From: Candidatus Latescibacterota bacterium
GTDB lineage: Bacteria > Latescibacterota > UBA2968 > UBA8231
Length of the DNA: 64,000 nt
Assembly: GCA_020852055.1 (NCBI GenBank)
Contig: JADZBP010000161.1
Location: 9,493-73,492, forward strand
Direction: 5' to 3'
Part shown: positions 1 through 9,131 of the stretch, in pieces
How the letters are laid out: each line of letters opens with the position of its first letter
How positions within the stretch are numbered: the stretch's first letter is position 1
Program-made: the position numbers and the translations under genes
Notes under the pieces: generated by a model
Seen by the model: the letters and a program-made list of their open reading frames with translations, nothing else
What the model was told of the DNA's origin: nothing
Databases searched by the model: none

Positions 1-296
1 TTGAGGTTGTCGACCACGCTGGCAAAGGCTGCCGGCACCAGGCTAAAGGAGGTGCGGGCAGTTCTGCTGACTTGTTTCCCTGGCCACGGGATCAAACCAC
101 CAAGGTGCAGGGCCGTGACCAGCAGGGAGGCAGCCACCGCGCCGTAGGCCCAGCGCGGCTTGTTCCATCTGACCTGCGGCTCGGCAAGAGGGGCTAGATG
201 CTCGGGGATGGCAGCGACCAATCGCTCTCTGAGGTCAGCAGGCACCTTCCTGGGGTGCGCTGCGCGCAGGATTTTCTGCAACTGAGTAGTCTTCAC
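1..296 (-). CDS. putative anti-sigma factor, 5' part only (runs off window start)
   Basis: GTG at 296 lies six nt after GGAGG. Translation VKTTQLQKILRAAHPRKVPADLRERL...KPRWAYGAVAASLLVTALHLGG has one hydrophobic TM-like segment. It lies directly downstream of, and overlaps, the ECF sigma gene. No family-specific motif recognised. Confidence 0.5.
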   Translation of the reverse strand, partial: MKTTQLQKILRAAHPRKVPADLRERLVAAIPEHLAPLAEPQVRWNKPRWAYGAVAASLLVTALHLGGLIPWPGKQVSRTARTSFSLVPAAFASVVDNL

Positions 297-846
297 GGCC
301 AACCTCCTTGGTCTCTAATTGTTCTTTAAGCAATACGAATGCCTGATTGACCCGCGATTTCGCGGTGCCCGGCGGTATTCCCAACACCGCTGCAACCTCC
401 CGAAGACTCAACCGGGAAAAGTAGTGCAGGACAATCACTTCTCGGTACTTCCCCGGCAGTCGTTGTACCTGTTCCCAGACCTGTTGGGCCAGGTCGCTGC
501 TGGAGTAGTTCTCTTCTGCAGAGGGCGCTGGGTCCGGGAGGATTTCGAGGTCGAGGTACTCAGCCAGTTCCGGGGCTCTGCCCTGGGTGCGGAGCTGGAG
601 CAGGAATTCGTTGCGCGCAATCGCAAAGAACCAGGTCCTGAAGGAGGATTCCCCCCTGAAGGCGGACAGGGCCTGCCAGGCTTTGGCAAAGGTGTCCTGG
701 GTCAGGTCGGCGGCCTGCTCCTGGTTCTTGCTCAGGTCCAGCAGGTACCAGTACACCTGCTGGTAGTGTTTGTCGACGAGGTCGGTGCAGGCTTGGCGGT
801 CGCCGGCTCTGATCCGCCTGAGGAGCCACTTTTCGCTGAGGTCCAT
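235..846 (-). CDS. RNA polymerase ECF-type sigma-70 family factor
   Basis: 203 aa. Region 2-like DLTQDTFAKAWQALSAFRGESSFRTWFFAIARNEF and region 4.2 HTH LSLREVAAVLGIPPGTAKSRVNQA. ATG preceded by GGAGGAGG. Confidence 0.9.
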   Translation of the reverse strand: MDLSEKWLLRRIRAGDRQACTDLVDKHYQQVYWYLLDLSKNQEQAADLTQDTFAKAWQALSAFRGESSFRTWFFAIARNEFLLQLRTQGRAPELAEYLDLEILPDPAPSAEENYSSSDLAQQVWEQVQRLPGKYREVIVLHYFSRLSLREVAAVLGIPPGTAKSRVNQAFVLLKEQLETKEVGREDYSVAENPARSAPQEGAC

Positions 847-1042
847 TACACCTCCTCCAGTGAGAGGATGCGGTGGTGAAACAGGAAGGATGGAAGCAGG
901 ACGTCCACTCAGTTAGATGTGAATTCGGGTCAGGGTGTTCGGAAAAAGCTGCGCCCGGGAAAGTTGGGGTGGCGACTGTTCCACTTCCCCTAGATATTGA
1001 TCTACTACTGATCTCCTCGCCGCAAATCCCCAGCGAAAGGCG

Positions 1043-1675
1043 GTGGCTGCCGTGTATCTTTCCGAGCTCTTCTCCCCGACCCAGCGCCAGTTTCTGCACG
1101 ACCTGAAGGCCCGCGATCTGGCGGAACGGCAGGCCGGATCGACTGACCCCATGCGGATGAAGGCGTTGCGGCAAGGGGTGGCCGAGTTCCTGGGTATGAT
1201 GGTCCTGCAGACCCGCAGCCGGGTGGTCGCCGAGTTCGGCACCTCGGCCGGATACTCCACCATCCACCTGGCAGCGGCAGCCAAACGCATGGGCGGCCGG
1301 GTGTTCACGGTGGACAGGGTGCCCGAAAAGACCGCCTGGGCCTGCCGCAATCTGGAGGCCGCTGGCCTGAGCGCGGTGGTCGAACTTTTTACTTGCGACG
1401 GGGTGGAGTTTGCCGCATCCCTGCCTTCACCGCTGGATCTGGTGCTGGTGGATTACGGGATTCCCCCTTTTCTGCCGGCGCTGGATGTGGTGAAGGGCAA
1501 GTTGCGTCCGGGCGGGTTGATCTTTGTGGATGGCTGGGGTGTGGAGGAGGAGGGGCGGTGGGAGACCGATCCGGATTACCGGGCCTTCAGGGAAAACCTC
1601 GATGCCGATCCTTCGCTGGTGTGGTGGAAGATGTCGCTGGAGGGGAAGGTGCACCTGCTGGTGGTGAAGTTGTAG
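1043..1675 (+). CDS. class I SAM-dependent O-methyltransferase (family 3-like)
   Basis: 210 aa, GTG start. VAEFGTSAGYSTIHLA (SAM-binding glycine-rich loop), LDLVLVDY and RPGGLIFVD are typical of caffeoyl-CoA-type O-methyltransferases. Confidence 0.75.
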   Translation: MAAVYLSELFSPTQRQFLHDLKARDLAERQAGSTDPMRMKALRQGVAEFLGMMVLQTRSRVVAEFGTSAGYSTIHLAAAAKRMGGRVFTVDRVPEKTAWACRNLEAAGLSAVVELFTCDGVEFAASLPSPLDLVLVDYGIPPFLPALDVVKGKLRPGGLIFVDGWGVEEEGRWETDPDYRAFRENLDADPSLVWWKMSLEGKVHLLVVKL

Positions 1676-1722
1676 CTGGCTGAGAATGTCGGGTCGGGAA
1701 TGCCCCTCTTATCCCAGGACCT

Positions 1723-2862
1723 TCAGTTCTGCCGGTATATCCGCCCACCTTTGACCACCGCTACTGGAACCAGTTGTTGCCTTCCAGTGCGCGCCTGCCC
1801 CTGGGAATCCACCAGCTCGAAACTCCCTTCGCGCAGCTCGAAGACCACGGCATCGCCCCAGGCGCCCACCTTGAGGGTGCCGATCTGATCGGCCAGATGG
1901 ATGATCCGGGCCGGGGCGGCGGTCACTCTGGACAGGGCTTCGTCGAGCGACAGACCCAGGTGCAGGAACTTGCCCACCACCGAGGCCAGGTCGTAGACCG
2001 GGCCGTTGACGTTGTAGACGTGGAGATCCGAGGAGATGGTCTGGGGCAACACCCCCTGGGCCAGGGCGCCTTCGGCCACCTCCCAGCTGAAGGAGCCGGC
2101 CCCGTGGCCCACGTCGAAGATCACCCCCCGCGCCATCGCCGCCCGCACCGAATCGCGCACCTGCCCGCCCTCATCGAGGATGCCGCCCCGCATACCGTGG
2201 AAGGTGTGGGTGAGGATGTCCCCCCGGCGCAGGTGGACCAGGATCTCGTCGATGGAGTCGCACCAGGCGTCCTGCGGGTGCACCATGATGGGCAGGCCGG
2301 CCGCGTCGGCCGCTTCGCGGGCCCGGTGCAGGGGCAACAGGCCGGCGCGTTTGCTGGCGATGCTGTGTCGGGTCAGCCGCACCTTCACCCCCAGGATCAG
2401 ATCGCGGTGCTGCTCGATCATGGCGCAGGCCCGGCCCACGTCGGCGTACTCGGGCAATTCGAACTCGCCGATATGGGGGGTGAGCATGCCCTGGGAGGAG
2501 ATGTTGAGCTGGGCGAGGATGCGGGTGGCGCTGACCTCGATCACGTACTTGCGGAAGCCGGGGAAGGTGTCGGCCCCGGCCGAGCCGGCGTCGACCACGG
2601 TGGTGGCGCCTCTGGCCAGGCAGGTGGGGTCGGGTTCGATGCCCAGATGGCTGACCCCCCAGAAGACGTGTACGTGCAGGTCGATCATGCCGGGAGCAAC
2701 GATGCGGCCAGTGGCGTCGAGGGTCTGGCGGGCCTCGGCGCTGGCCAGGTTTTCACCCACGGCAGCCACGTTCCCCTCGGCAAAGGCCACGTCGCGGCGG
2801 GCGTGGATGCCCTGGGCCGGATCGACGAGGGTGCCGCCTTTGAGCAGCAGGTCGTAGTTCAT
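1723..2862 (-). CDS. amidohydrolase/deacetylase family metallohydrolase
   Basis: Start taken at MNYDLLLKGG (ATG 2862, GGAGG upstream). Metal-binding DLHVHV motif and a DVGHG motif. Dihydroorotase/deacetylase-like layout. Confidence 0.8.
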   Translation of the reverse strand: MNYDLLLKGGTLVDPAQGIHARRDVAFAEGNVAAVGENLASAEARQTLDATGRIVAPGMIDLHVHVFWGVSHLGIEPDPTCLARGATTVVDAGSAGADTFPGFRKYVIEVSATRILAQLNISSQGMLTPHIGEFELPEYADVGRACAMIEQHRDLILGVKVRLTRHSIASKRAGLLPLHRAREAADAAGLPIMVHPQDAWCDSIDEILVHLRRGDILTHTFHGMRGGILDEGGQVRDSVRAAMARGVIFDVGHGAGSFSWEVAEGALAQGVLPQTISSDLHVYNVNGPVYDLASVVGKFLHLGLSLDEALSRVTAAPARIIHLADQIGTLKVGAWGDAVVFELREGSFELVDSQGQARTGRQQLVPVAVVKGGRIYRQN

Positions 2863-2872
2863 CGGGAACCTC

Positions 2873-3619
2873 CTACCACGGCCCCACCCCACCTAGCAGC
2901 ATCTGGCGCTCGGGCGGGCCTTCCTCGCGCAGCTTCTTGACGCGAGGTCCGTCGAAGGGCTCGCGGGATTTCATCCAGGCGTTCTGGTAACACATGAAAC
3001 AACCGCGCCGGGGTGCCCAGGAGTTGTTGGCCCCGCCCCGGTGGTAGAGCCACCCGTCGAACATCACCACATCCCCTGCCTTGGCAAAGACCTGTTTCTC
3101 GTCGGGGAAGGTGGGATGGCCCAGGGGCGGGCGGAAGGGCACGCGGTGGCTGCCGGGCACGATCATGTTGGGCCCATTCTCGGGGGTCAGGTCGTCGAGG
3201 AAATAGGCGCAGTTGATCTGGCCGGGCAGGCTGCCGTACGGGGTGCCCGCAAAATCCATGGGCCAGGGCCCGTCGCGGTGCCAGTCCTGGTCGGGTTGTC
3301 CGGGGCTGGTCACCCGCGCGGTGGCGCTGTGCAGCTGGATGCAGTTGCCCAGGATGGCGCGGATGCGGGAGAGCACGGGCTGGTGGTCGATGAGGAAGGC
3401 GAAGCGGTCGTCCTGCTCGAGCAGTTGGTGGGTGAACTCGCTCTGCTGCCGGGCCACGACCTCGTCGAGGGCCTGGCGCAGCAGGGCCACTTGCGCCGGG
3501 GTGATGGCCTGTTCCACCACCAGATAACCCCAGTGGCGGAAGAACTCCACCTCGCGCTGTTGCTCGGGGTTCAGGTCGGGGTTGAGGCGGGAAGGGACTA
3601 GTTGCTGCTCGTAGGCCAT
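2873..3619 (-). CDS. phytanoyl-CoA dioxygenase (PhyH) family Fe(II)/2-oxoglutarate oxygenase
   Basis: 248 aa. WHRD...GSH...YHRG pattern (HxD...H facial triad context) typical of the PhyH family. Confidence 0.8.
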   Translation of the reverse strand: MAYEQQLVPSRLNPDLNPEQQREVEFFRHWGYLVVEQAITPAQVALLRQALDEVVARQQSEFTHQLLEQDDRFAFLIDHQPVLSRIRAILGNCIQLHSATARVTSPGQPDQDWHRDGPWPMDFAGTPYGSLPGQINCAYFLDDLTPENGPNMIVPGSHRVPFRPPLGHPTFPDEKQVFAKAGDVVMFDGWLYHRGGANNSWAPRRGCFMCYQNAWMKSREPFDGPRVKKLREEGPPERQMLLGGVGPW

Positions 3620-3629
3620 GGGCGTCCTC

Positions 3630-3929
3630 TCAATCGGGCAGCTGCAGCACGGGCTCCTCGGGGTGGGGGCGGTAGATCAGCAGGGTGTGGCCCAGGACCT
3701 GCACCAGATGCGAGCCCGTGGCCTCGGCCAGCAGCCGGCCGGCCTCGTGCCGCTCGATGGGGCAGCCCTTCTCCAGCCGGATCTTGAGCAGTTCGTGGTT
3801 GGCGTACGCCTCCTCGACGGCGCCCTTCACCGCCCTGGAGATGCCCTCTTTGCCCAGGTATACGGTGGCCTTGAGCTGGTTGGCCAGGCCGCGCAGGTAG
3901 CGCCGTTGTTTGCCGGTCAGTTGGTCCAT
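3630..3929 (-). CDS. yhbY: YhbY-like CRM-domain RNA-binding protein (ribosome assembly)
   Basis: Start at MDQLTGKQRRYLRGLANQLKATVYLGKEGIS (ATG 3929, GGAG 5 nt upstream). The GKxG and ELLKI core matches the YhbY/CRS1 family. The longer 127-aa ORF in the track is an upstream extension. Confidence 0.8.
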   Translation of the reverse strand: MDQLTGKQRRYLRGLANQLKATVYLGKEGISRAVKGAVEEAYANHELLKIRLEKGCPIERHEAGRLLAEATGSHLVQVLGHTLLIYRPHPEEPVLQLPD

Positions 3930-3952
3930 CGGTACTCCTATGTTTTTGGGAT

Positions 3953-3982
3953 AATATAGCCTCTGCGGCCGCGCGCGTCGAA
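3953..3982 (-). promoter_or_regulatory. candidate sigma-70 promoter for yhbY
   Basis: Minus strand reads TTCGAC-N18-TATATT, ending about 24 nt upstream of ATG 3929, inside a short AT-rich patch of a divergent intergenic region. Confidence 0.4.
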
Positions 3983-4011
3983 CGGGAACGGGTTTTGCAT
4001 CCCGGCAGGTC

Positions 4012-6414
4012 ATGCCTGTGCTGCCCTCCCTTCCCGGCCCCCGCCGGCCCGCTGCCTGGAGCGCCCTGGGTTTTGCCGCCGGTATCCTGCTGGCGGCGTT
4101 TGCCAGACTGCCGGTGCTGCCGCTCTTTGCCGCGGTATGTTTCCTGCTGCTGGCGGTCCTGCTGCTGCGCGCCCGCTACCCGCTGGCCGGCAATCTGCTG
4201 CTGGCGCTGCTGTTGGTCGCGCTTGGAGCTGTGCGTTTCGCCACCTGCACAGCACTGTGGCCCGCAGATCACATCCTGCGCGCTGGCGCCGAGGATCGAG
4301 AGGGGCTCTTCACTGGCATCGTGGCCGAGGAGCCGGAACGCCACCAGGGCCGCACTCGTTTCGCCTTTGACCTGGAGGAGGCGTGTATCGACAGCCTCTG
4401 CCGCCCGGTCTCGGGCCAGGTGCTGGTCACGGCCAAGGGGTTGGACCTGCACGCCGACCTGGGCGACCGCCTCACGCTTCGGGGCCAGCTGCAGCGGCCC
4501 TTGCCGGCGCGCAACCCGGGGGCCTTCGACTACCGCGCTTATCTCGAGCAGGAGTCGATCCATTTCCTGCTGGCCCTGCGCCGGCCAGAGCAGGTGGTGG
4601 CCAGCGACAAACGCCCCGGCCCCTGGCTCTTCGAGTGGGTGGTGCTGCCGGTGCGCCATGCCGTGGAGCAGAGCATCACCCGCAATCTGTCCGGTGGGCC
4701 GGCCGGTCTGCTGTTGGGGGTGCTGCTGGGGGAGAAACACGCCCTGCCCGACGAGTTGCGCCAGGACTTCCGCCTCACGGGATTGACCCATGCCCTGGTG
4801 GTCAGCGGCCTGAACGTGGCCCTGGTGGTGCTCTTCTTCCTGACCACCTTCAAACTCTGCCGTATCCCCGAGCGCCTGGCCCTGGTGCTGACCCTGGTGG
4901 TGGTGGCCCTCTTCGCCCTGGTGACCGGATTGCAGGCCCCGGTGGTGCGCGCCGGGCTGATGGCCGGGGCCCTCTTGCTGGGCCGTCTGTGGCAGCGGCC
5001 CGGCGAGGTGTACAACGGCCTGGGCCTGGCGGCCCTGATCATCCTGGGGTGGCAGCCGGCCAGCCTGCTGAGCCTCAGTTTCCAGCTCTCCTTTGTCGCC
5101 ACCCTCTCGCTGGTGGCCCTGAGCCGGCCCATCGCCGCCTTTTTCCCTGCCGCGTGGCGCACCCACCCCTGGGCGGGCGAGTGGGTCCTGATGCCCCTGT
5201 GCGCCTGCCTGGCCGCCCAGGCCGGCACGGCCCCGCTGCTCGCCTGGCACTTCAACCAGTTCTCGCCCATCTCCCTGCTCGCCAACCTGGCGGTCCTGCC
5301 CCTGCTGAACCTGGCCCTGGCCCTGGGTATGCTGGCTGGGCTCACCGGCTGGTGGCTGCCCCTGCTGGCCACGGCCTTCAACGGCAGCAATTACCTGGTG
5401 CTCAGGCTGGCCATCGGGCTGGTGGATTTCTTTGCGGGGTTGCCGTACGCCTCGGTGTGCCTGGCCCGGCCAGGAGTGGTGGCGCTGGTATGCTGGGTGC
5501 TGCTCTGCCTCTGTCTGGCTTTTGCCCAGAAGCCGGCGGCGCGAAAGATCGCCCTCTACACCGCGCTGGTGTGGGGCAATTGCGCGGTGTGGGCGCCGCT
5601 GCTGCGCACCCCGGAGTTGGAGGTTTTCTTTCTGGATGTGGGGCAGGGGGACGCGGCCCTGGTGCGGCTGCCCGACGGCCGGGCCCTGCTCATCGACGGG
5701 GGGGAACGCAGTCCGGACTTCGACCAGGGCGAGCGGGTGATCCTGCCGGTGCTGCGGCATCTGGGCATCGACCGGCTGGAGGCAGTGGTGGCCTCACACC
5801 CGCACAACGACCACATCGGCGGGCTGATCGCGGTGCTGGAAGGGGTGGAGGTGGCGCACTACCTGGACAACGGCCAGGCCTGCGATACCTGGACGGCGCG
5901 GCGGCTGCGGGAGTTGGTGCGGGAGAAGGGCATCGACTACCGCGCCCTGGCGGCCGGCGATAGTCTCGCCGGCCTGGGCGGGGTGGGGGGATTGGTCCTC
6001 CACCCGGGGCCAGGATTCGTCAGCGGCAGCGAGCAGGAGCCGGCCGGCGGTTTCAACAACGGCTCGGTGGTCCTCCGGCTCAGCTACGGGGAGGTGGATC
6101 TGCTCTTTGCCGGCGACGCCGAGGACGATGCCGAGGCCGCGCTCCTGGGCTGGGGCGAGCGCCTGCGCTGCGAGGTGCTCAAGGTGCCGCACCACGGCTC
6201 GCCCACCTCTTCGGATTCGGCCTTCGTCGTGGCGGTGCAGCCCTGGGTGGAGGTGGTGTCGGTGTGGAAGCACAACAAATTCCATCACCCATCGCCGAAG
6301 GTGATGGCGCGGTACGAAAAGCAAGGGGTGCAGGTGCGGCGCACCGATCAGCGTGGGGCGGTGGTGCTGCACACGGACGGCAAAAGCCTGGAATGGCGGA
6401 CGCTGGTGGAGTGA
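4012..6414 (+). CDS. comEC: DNA internalization-related competence protein ComEC/Rec2
   Basis: 800 aa. Multi-TM N-terminal and central competence domain, plus a C-terminal metallo-beta-lactamase fold (VASHPHNDHIGG, KVPHHGS). Confidence 0.85.
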   Translation: MPVLPSLPGPRRPAAWSALGFAAGILLAAFARLPVLPLFAAVCFLLLAVLLLRARYPLAGNLLLALLLVALGAVRFATCTALWPADHILRAGAEDREGLFTGIVAEEPERHQGRTRFAFDLEEACIDSLCRPVSGQVLVTAKGLDLHADLGDRLTLRGQLQRPLPARNPGAFDYRAYLEQESIHFLLALRRPEQVVASDKRPGPWLFEWVVLPVRHAVEQSITRNLSGGPAGLLLGVLLGEKHALPDELRQDFRLTGLTHALVVSGLNVALVVLFFLTTFKLCRIPERLALVLTLVVVALFALVTGLQAPVVRAGLMAGALLLGRLWQRPGEVYNGLGLAALIILGWQPASLLSLSFQLSFVATLSLVALSRPIAAFFPAAWRTHPWAGEWVLMPLCACLAAQAGTAPLLAWHFNQFSPISLLANLAVLPLLNLALALGMLAGLTGWWLPLLATAFNGSNYLVLRLAIGLVDFFAGLPYASVCLARPGVVALVCWVLLCLCLAFAQKPAARKIALYTALVWGNCAVWAPLLRTPELEVFFLDVGQGDAALVRLPDGRALLIDGGERSPDFDQGERVILPVLRHLGIDRLEAVVASHPHNDHIGGLIAVLEGVEVAHYLDNGQACDTWTARRLRELVREKGIDYRALAAGDSLAGLGGVGGLVLHPGPGFVSGSEQEPAGGFNNGSVVLRLSYGEVDLLFAGDAEDDAEAALLGWGERLRCEVLKVPHHGSPTSSDSAFVVAVQPWVEVVSVWKHNKFHHPSPKVMARYEKQGVQVRRTDQRGAVVLHTDGKSLEWRTLVE

Positions 6415-6424
6415 GGCCCCGGCC

Positions 6425-7105
6425 TCAGGGCAGGTGCAGCCGGCACGAATGGCTGGCCGGGTCGAAGATGCCCAGGGCCTCGTACAAACAGAAGGCAAAG
6501 GCGCGGTGGCCGCACTCGTTGGGGTGGAAGGCGTCGCTCATCCAGTAGAAATGGCTGCCGGCGCGCTGGCGCCAGAAGGCCTCGTGGTCGATGAGGGGCA
6601 ACCCCTGGTCGGCGGCCACGGCGCGGATGGCGTCCATGTACGCCGGGAAATGCGGGGTGCGGTCGGGGGCCTGGCCCGGCAGGATGGGGCAGGTGGTCTG
6701 CAGCACGGGGATGGCGCCCAGATCGCGGATCCTGCTGGCCAGTTGCCGGAGATTGCCGGCGAACTCGTCGCAGGAGATGCCCCGGCCCTCGCTGCAGTCG
6801 TTCATGCCGATCATGATCAGCACCGCGTCGGGGCGCAGCTGGCCGATGCGCCAGTCGAAGCCGGTGAGCAGATCGCGGGTGGTATGGCCGCTGATGGCGC
6901 TGTTGACCACCAGATCCATCACCCGGCCCAGTTCGAAGCGCACCCGCTCGCCGAAGAGTTCGACGTAGTCGCGCCAGCCAAAGGTGTGCAGGGCGCCGTG
7001 GGTGATGCTGTCGCCGGTGAAGACCCACTTGCGGGGCTGGTCGGACTTGAGCAGGAGCCGCACCTCGTCGAGGCGCTGGAAGAAAGCTGGCTGGGTCTGG
7101 GTCAT
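6425..7105 (-). CDS. SGNH/GDSL hydrolase family protein
   Basis: Start at MTQTQPAFF (ATG 7105). Block I FTGDSITHG, block III MIGMNDC, block V DAFHPN. Confidence 0.8.
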   Translation of the reverse strand: MTQTQPAFFQRLDEVRLLLKSDQPRKWVFTGDSITHGALHTFGWRDYVELFGERVRFELGRVMDLVVNSAISGHTTRDLLTGFDWRIGQLRPDAVLIMIGMNDCSEGRGISCDEFAGNLRQLASRIRDLGAIPVLQTTCPILPGQAPDRTPHFPAYMDAIRAVAADQGLPLIDHEAFWRQRAGSHFYWMSDAFHPNECGHRAFAFCLYEALGIFDPASHSCRLHLP

Positions 7106-7219
7106 GCGCTGCCTTTCTCGGTGACGGTGATGACGCGTCGGGGATGACTCGTTCCGGTCTTTTCCAAGGCGTACCTGTGCTCGCGTCACTGTGGCTGTAT
7201 TTTCCTGGGCCAGGTCCGC

Positions 7220-7465
7220 GGGGTGCCCACTTCGGGCGTCTCTGTAGTCCCGGATCCGCGACACCAGATAGATGGTGTCGCGCCCATCACACCCCCTCCG
7301 TCCCCGCAACGCCCCATCCGTTGGGGCGTTGCGTCCCCTCGCTCCTTAAACTACGCTTCCCCTCATCCCCTCCCTGCGATCCTTCCCCCAGCCTCTCCCC
7401 CAGAGACGTCCTTCGGGGCACTCCCTCGGCCCTGACTGAGCCTCCAGGATCTCTCCCCCGCCGCA
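7220..7465. repeat. dispersed C-rich mosaic repeat, family B, copy B3
   Basis: Shares ordered boxes with 35112-35254 and 42950-43163: GGGG.TG.CCCACTTCGG, CCCTCGCTC, CTCCCC.AGA...CCTTCGGGGC. Contains an 11-bp hairpin GCAACGCCCCA/TGGGGCGTTGC at 7306-7332. Lies in an unusually long (365 nt) intergenic gap. Confidence 0.55.
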
Positions 7466-7471
7466 GTGTGT

Positions 7472-7873
7472 TCACACCTGGTGTTTGGTGGTCTCGCTGG
7501 CGGGGTCTTCGTTGGTGATCACGTAGTAGACGAGGTCCTCGGTCTGGCTGCGGTTGCGGATGCGGTGTTGGGTGTTGGGGGGCTGGATGAAGCAGTCGCC
7601 CGGGCCGACTTCAAAAAGCTCTCCGTTGCGGCTGATCTCCCCCTGGCCGGAGACAACGATGAAGAACTCCCACCAGCGGGTATGGGAGTGGACCGGACAG
7701 GGGGCGGCGCCGGGGGGCACATGGGTGAGTTCCACATCGAAGGGATGCGGACTCTCCTTGGTGTTGCCCAGGGCCACGGAGATGTGCTGGTGGGTGCGCT
7801 CGTACTGGGCCCCTGCCCAGTTCCAGACCTGGTGCTGCTTGGGGACCTCGTCCAGGTTGATCTTCCAGGGCAT
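7472..7873 (-). CDS. cupin domain protein
   Basis: 133 aa. HSHTRWWEFFIVVSGQGE ... GDCFIQPPNTQHRIRN matches the two cupin motifs. Confidence 0.75.
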   Translation of the reverse strand: MPWKINLDEVPKQHQVWNWAGAQYERTHQHISVALGNTKESPHPFDVELTHVPPGAAPCPVHSHTRWWEFFIVVSGQGEISRNGELFEVGPGDCFIQPPNTQHRIRNRSQTEDLVYYVITNEDPASETTKHQV

Positions 7874-7892
7874 CGGGGGCGCTCCTCTCGGG

Positions 7893-7934
7893 GAAGAAAA
7901 AACCAGGCGCAGGCCGATACGCCCGCGCCTGGTT
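7893..7934 (-). terminator. rho-independent terminator after the 7952-9118 oxidoreductase gene
   Basis: Minus strand has a 10-bp stem AACCAGGCGC/GCGCCTGGTT (7901-7934) followed directly by TTTTTTTCTT. Confidence 0.7.
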
Positions 7935-7951
7935 GAAGGGTGCTCCGGGAC

Positions 7952-9118
7952 TCAGGCCTGCTTCTTTAGCTGGTCCTGGGCTTCCTGGTGTTTGAGGCCC
8001 TGGGCCCTCAACTGCTGGTACTTGTCCTGGTCGAGCCAGTCGCGGCGCAGGAACTCGCGGATATCGTAGCGGCCCGGCTTGTCGGGGGGTAGCCCGCCTT
8101 CGGCGATCATCTGCGCCAGGGGGTTGGCCTCTTCTTTGAGGGGCAGGTGGATGACGTGGTGGCGCCGCGCCGATTCGTAGAGGGCCATCATGATCTCGAC
8201 GGTGGCGAAGGCCGTGGGGCCGGCGCCCCGGTGCTGGGGACCGCCCTCGATCCAGGCGATCAGCTCGCGGACCAGGTTGCCGTTGGTCGGGCCGCCGGCC
8301 ACCCGCACTTCGCTGGCCGGCACCCGCAGCGGCACCTCCTCCCAGCCGCTGCCGCTGTGGAAGAGCCGCACTCGGTCGACGCACACATCGATGATGCCCT
8401 CGTTGCCGCGGATCTGGAAACGGCTGGCCCCGTCGCCGCTCTCGGGCTCGATGTAGAGGTCGGACTGGATGAACAATTGCAGCCCGCCCTCCAGCTGCAC
8501 CAGGGCCATACAGGCGTCCTCGATGGGGGTGGCCCGCTCGAAGCGCTCGGAGTAGCGGCTCACCGCGCCCATCACCCACTCGGCCTTGGGGTCGCCCAGC
8601 ACGAAGCGCGCCCCGTCGATGGCGTGGGTGCCACAGTTGAGCAGGCCGTTGATCACCTTGCAGTTGACCCACAGCGGCTTGCCGATGGCCCCGCCCTGCA
8701 CCAACTCGCGGCCCTTCTCCCAGCCGGGGGTGAAGCGCCGCTGGTGGCTGATGACCAGCTTGGTGCCGCTGGCCTCGGCCGCCGCGATCATGCTCTTGGC
8801 CAGGCCGGTGCTGATGGCCATGGGTTTTTCGCAGATCACCCCTTTGGCGCCGCCTTTGGCCGCGTCGATGGCCGGGGCCGGGTGGTCGGGGTGCCAGGTG
8901 CAGACGCTGACCAGATCTGGCTTGGCCTTGGCCATCATCTCGGTGACGGTGGCAAAACCCTGGGGGATGCCGTAGCGCTCCTGGTACTCGCCGCGGGCGA
9001 TGGGCAGGGGGTCGGCGCAGGCAATGACCTCGATGCCGGCGTTTTCGTACCCGCTCATGTGGGCGTGGGCGATGGAGCCGCAGCCGGCAATGGCCGCCGT
9101 GTACTTCTTCTGACTCAT
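7952..9118 (-). CDS. Gfo/Idh/MocA family oxidoreductase
   Basis: 388 aa. N-terminal Rossmann AIAGCGSIAHAH, EKPMA motif, C-terminal alpha/beta domain. Confidence 0.85.
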   Translation of the reverse strand: MSQKKYTAAIAGCGSIAHAHMSGYENAGIEVIACADPLPIARGEYQERYGIPQGFATVTEMMAKAKPDLVSVCTWHPDHPAPAIDAAKGGAKGVICEKPMAISTGLAKSMIAAAEASGTKLVISHQRRFTPGWEKGRELVQGGAIGKPLWVNCKVINGLLNCGTHAIDGARFVLGDPKAEWVMGAVSRYSERFERATPIEDACMALVQLEGGLQLFIQSDLYIEPESGDGASRFQIRGNEGIIDVCVDRVRLFHSGSGWEEVPLRVPASEVRVAGGPTNGNLVRELIAWIEGGPQHRGAGPTAFATVEIMMALYESARRHHVIHLPLKEEANPLAQMIAEGGLPPDKPGRYDIREFLRRDWLDQDKYQQLRAQGLKHQEAQDQLKKQA

Positions 9119-9131
9119 GGATCTTCTCCTC

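Noticed and set aside
847-1000. ECF-type autoregulatory promoter (GGAAC ... ) upstream of the sigma gene
   Set aside because: A GGAAC is present on the minus strand near 981-985, but I could not find a convincing -10 (CGT-type) element at the right spacing.
3598-5760. 720-aa ORF on the minus strand opposite comEC
   Set aside because: The translation is low-complexity (Q/G/R/H/P-rich) with no domain. It is antisense to a well-supported comEC gene. Long stop-free antisense frames are expected at this GC content.
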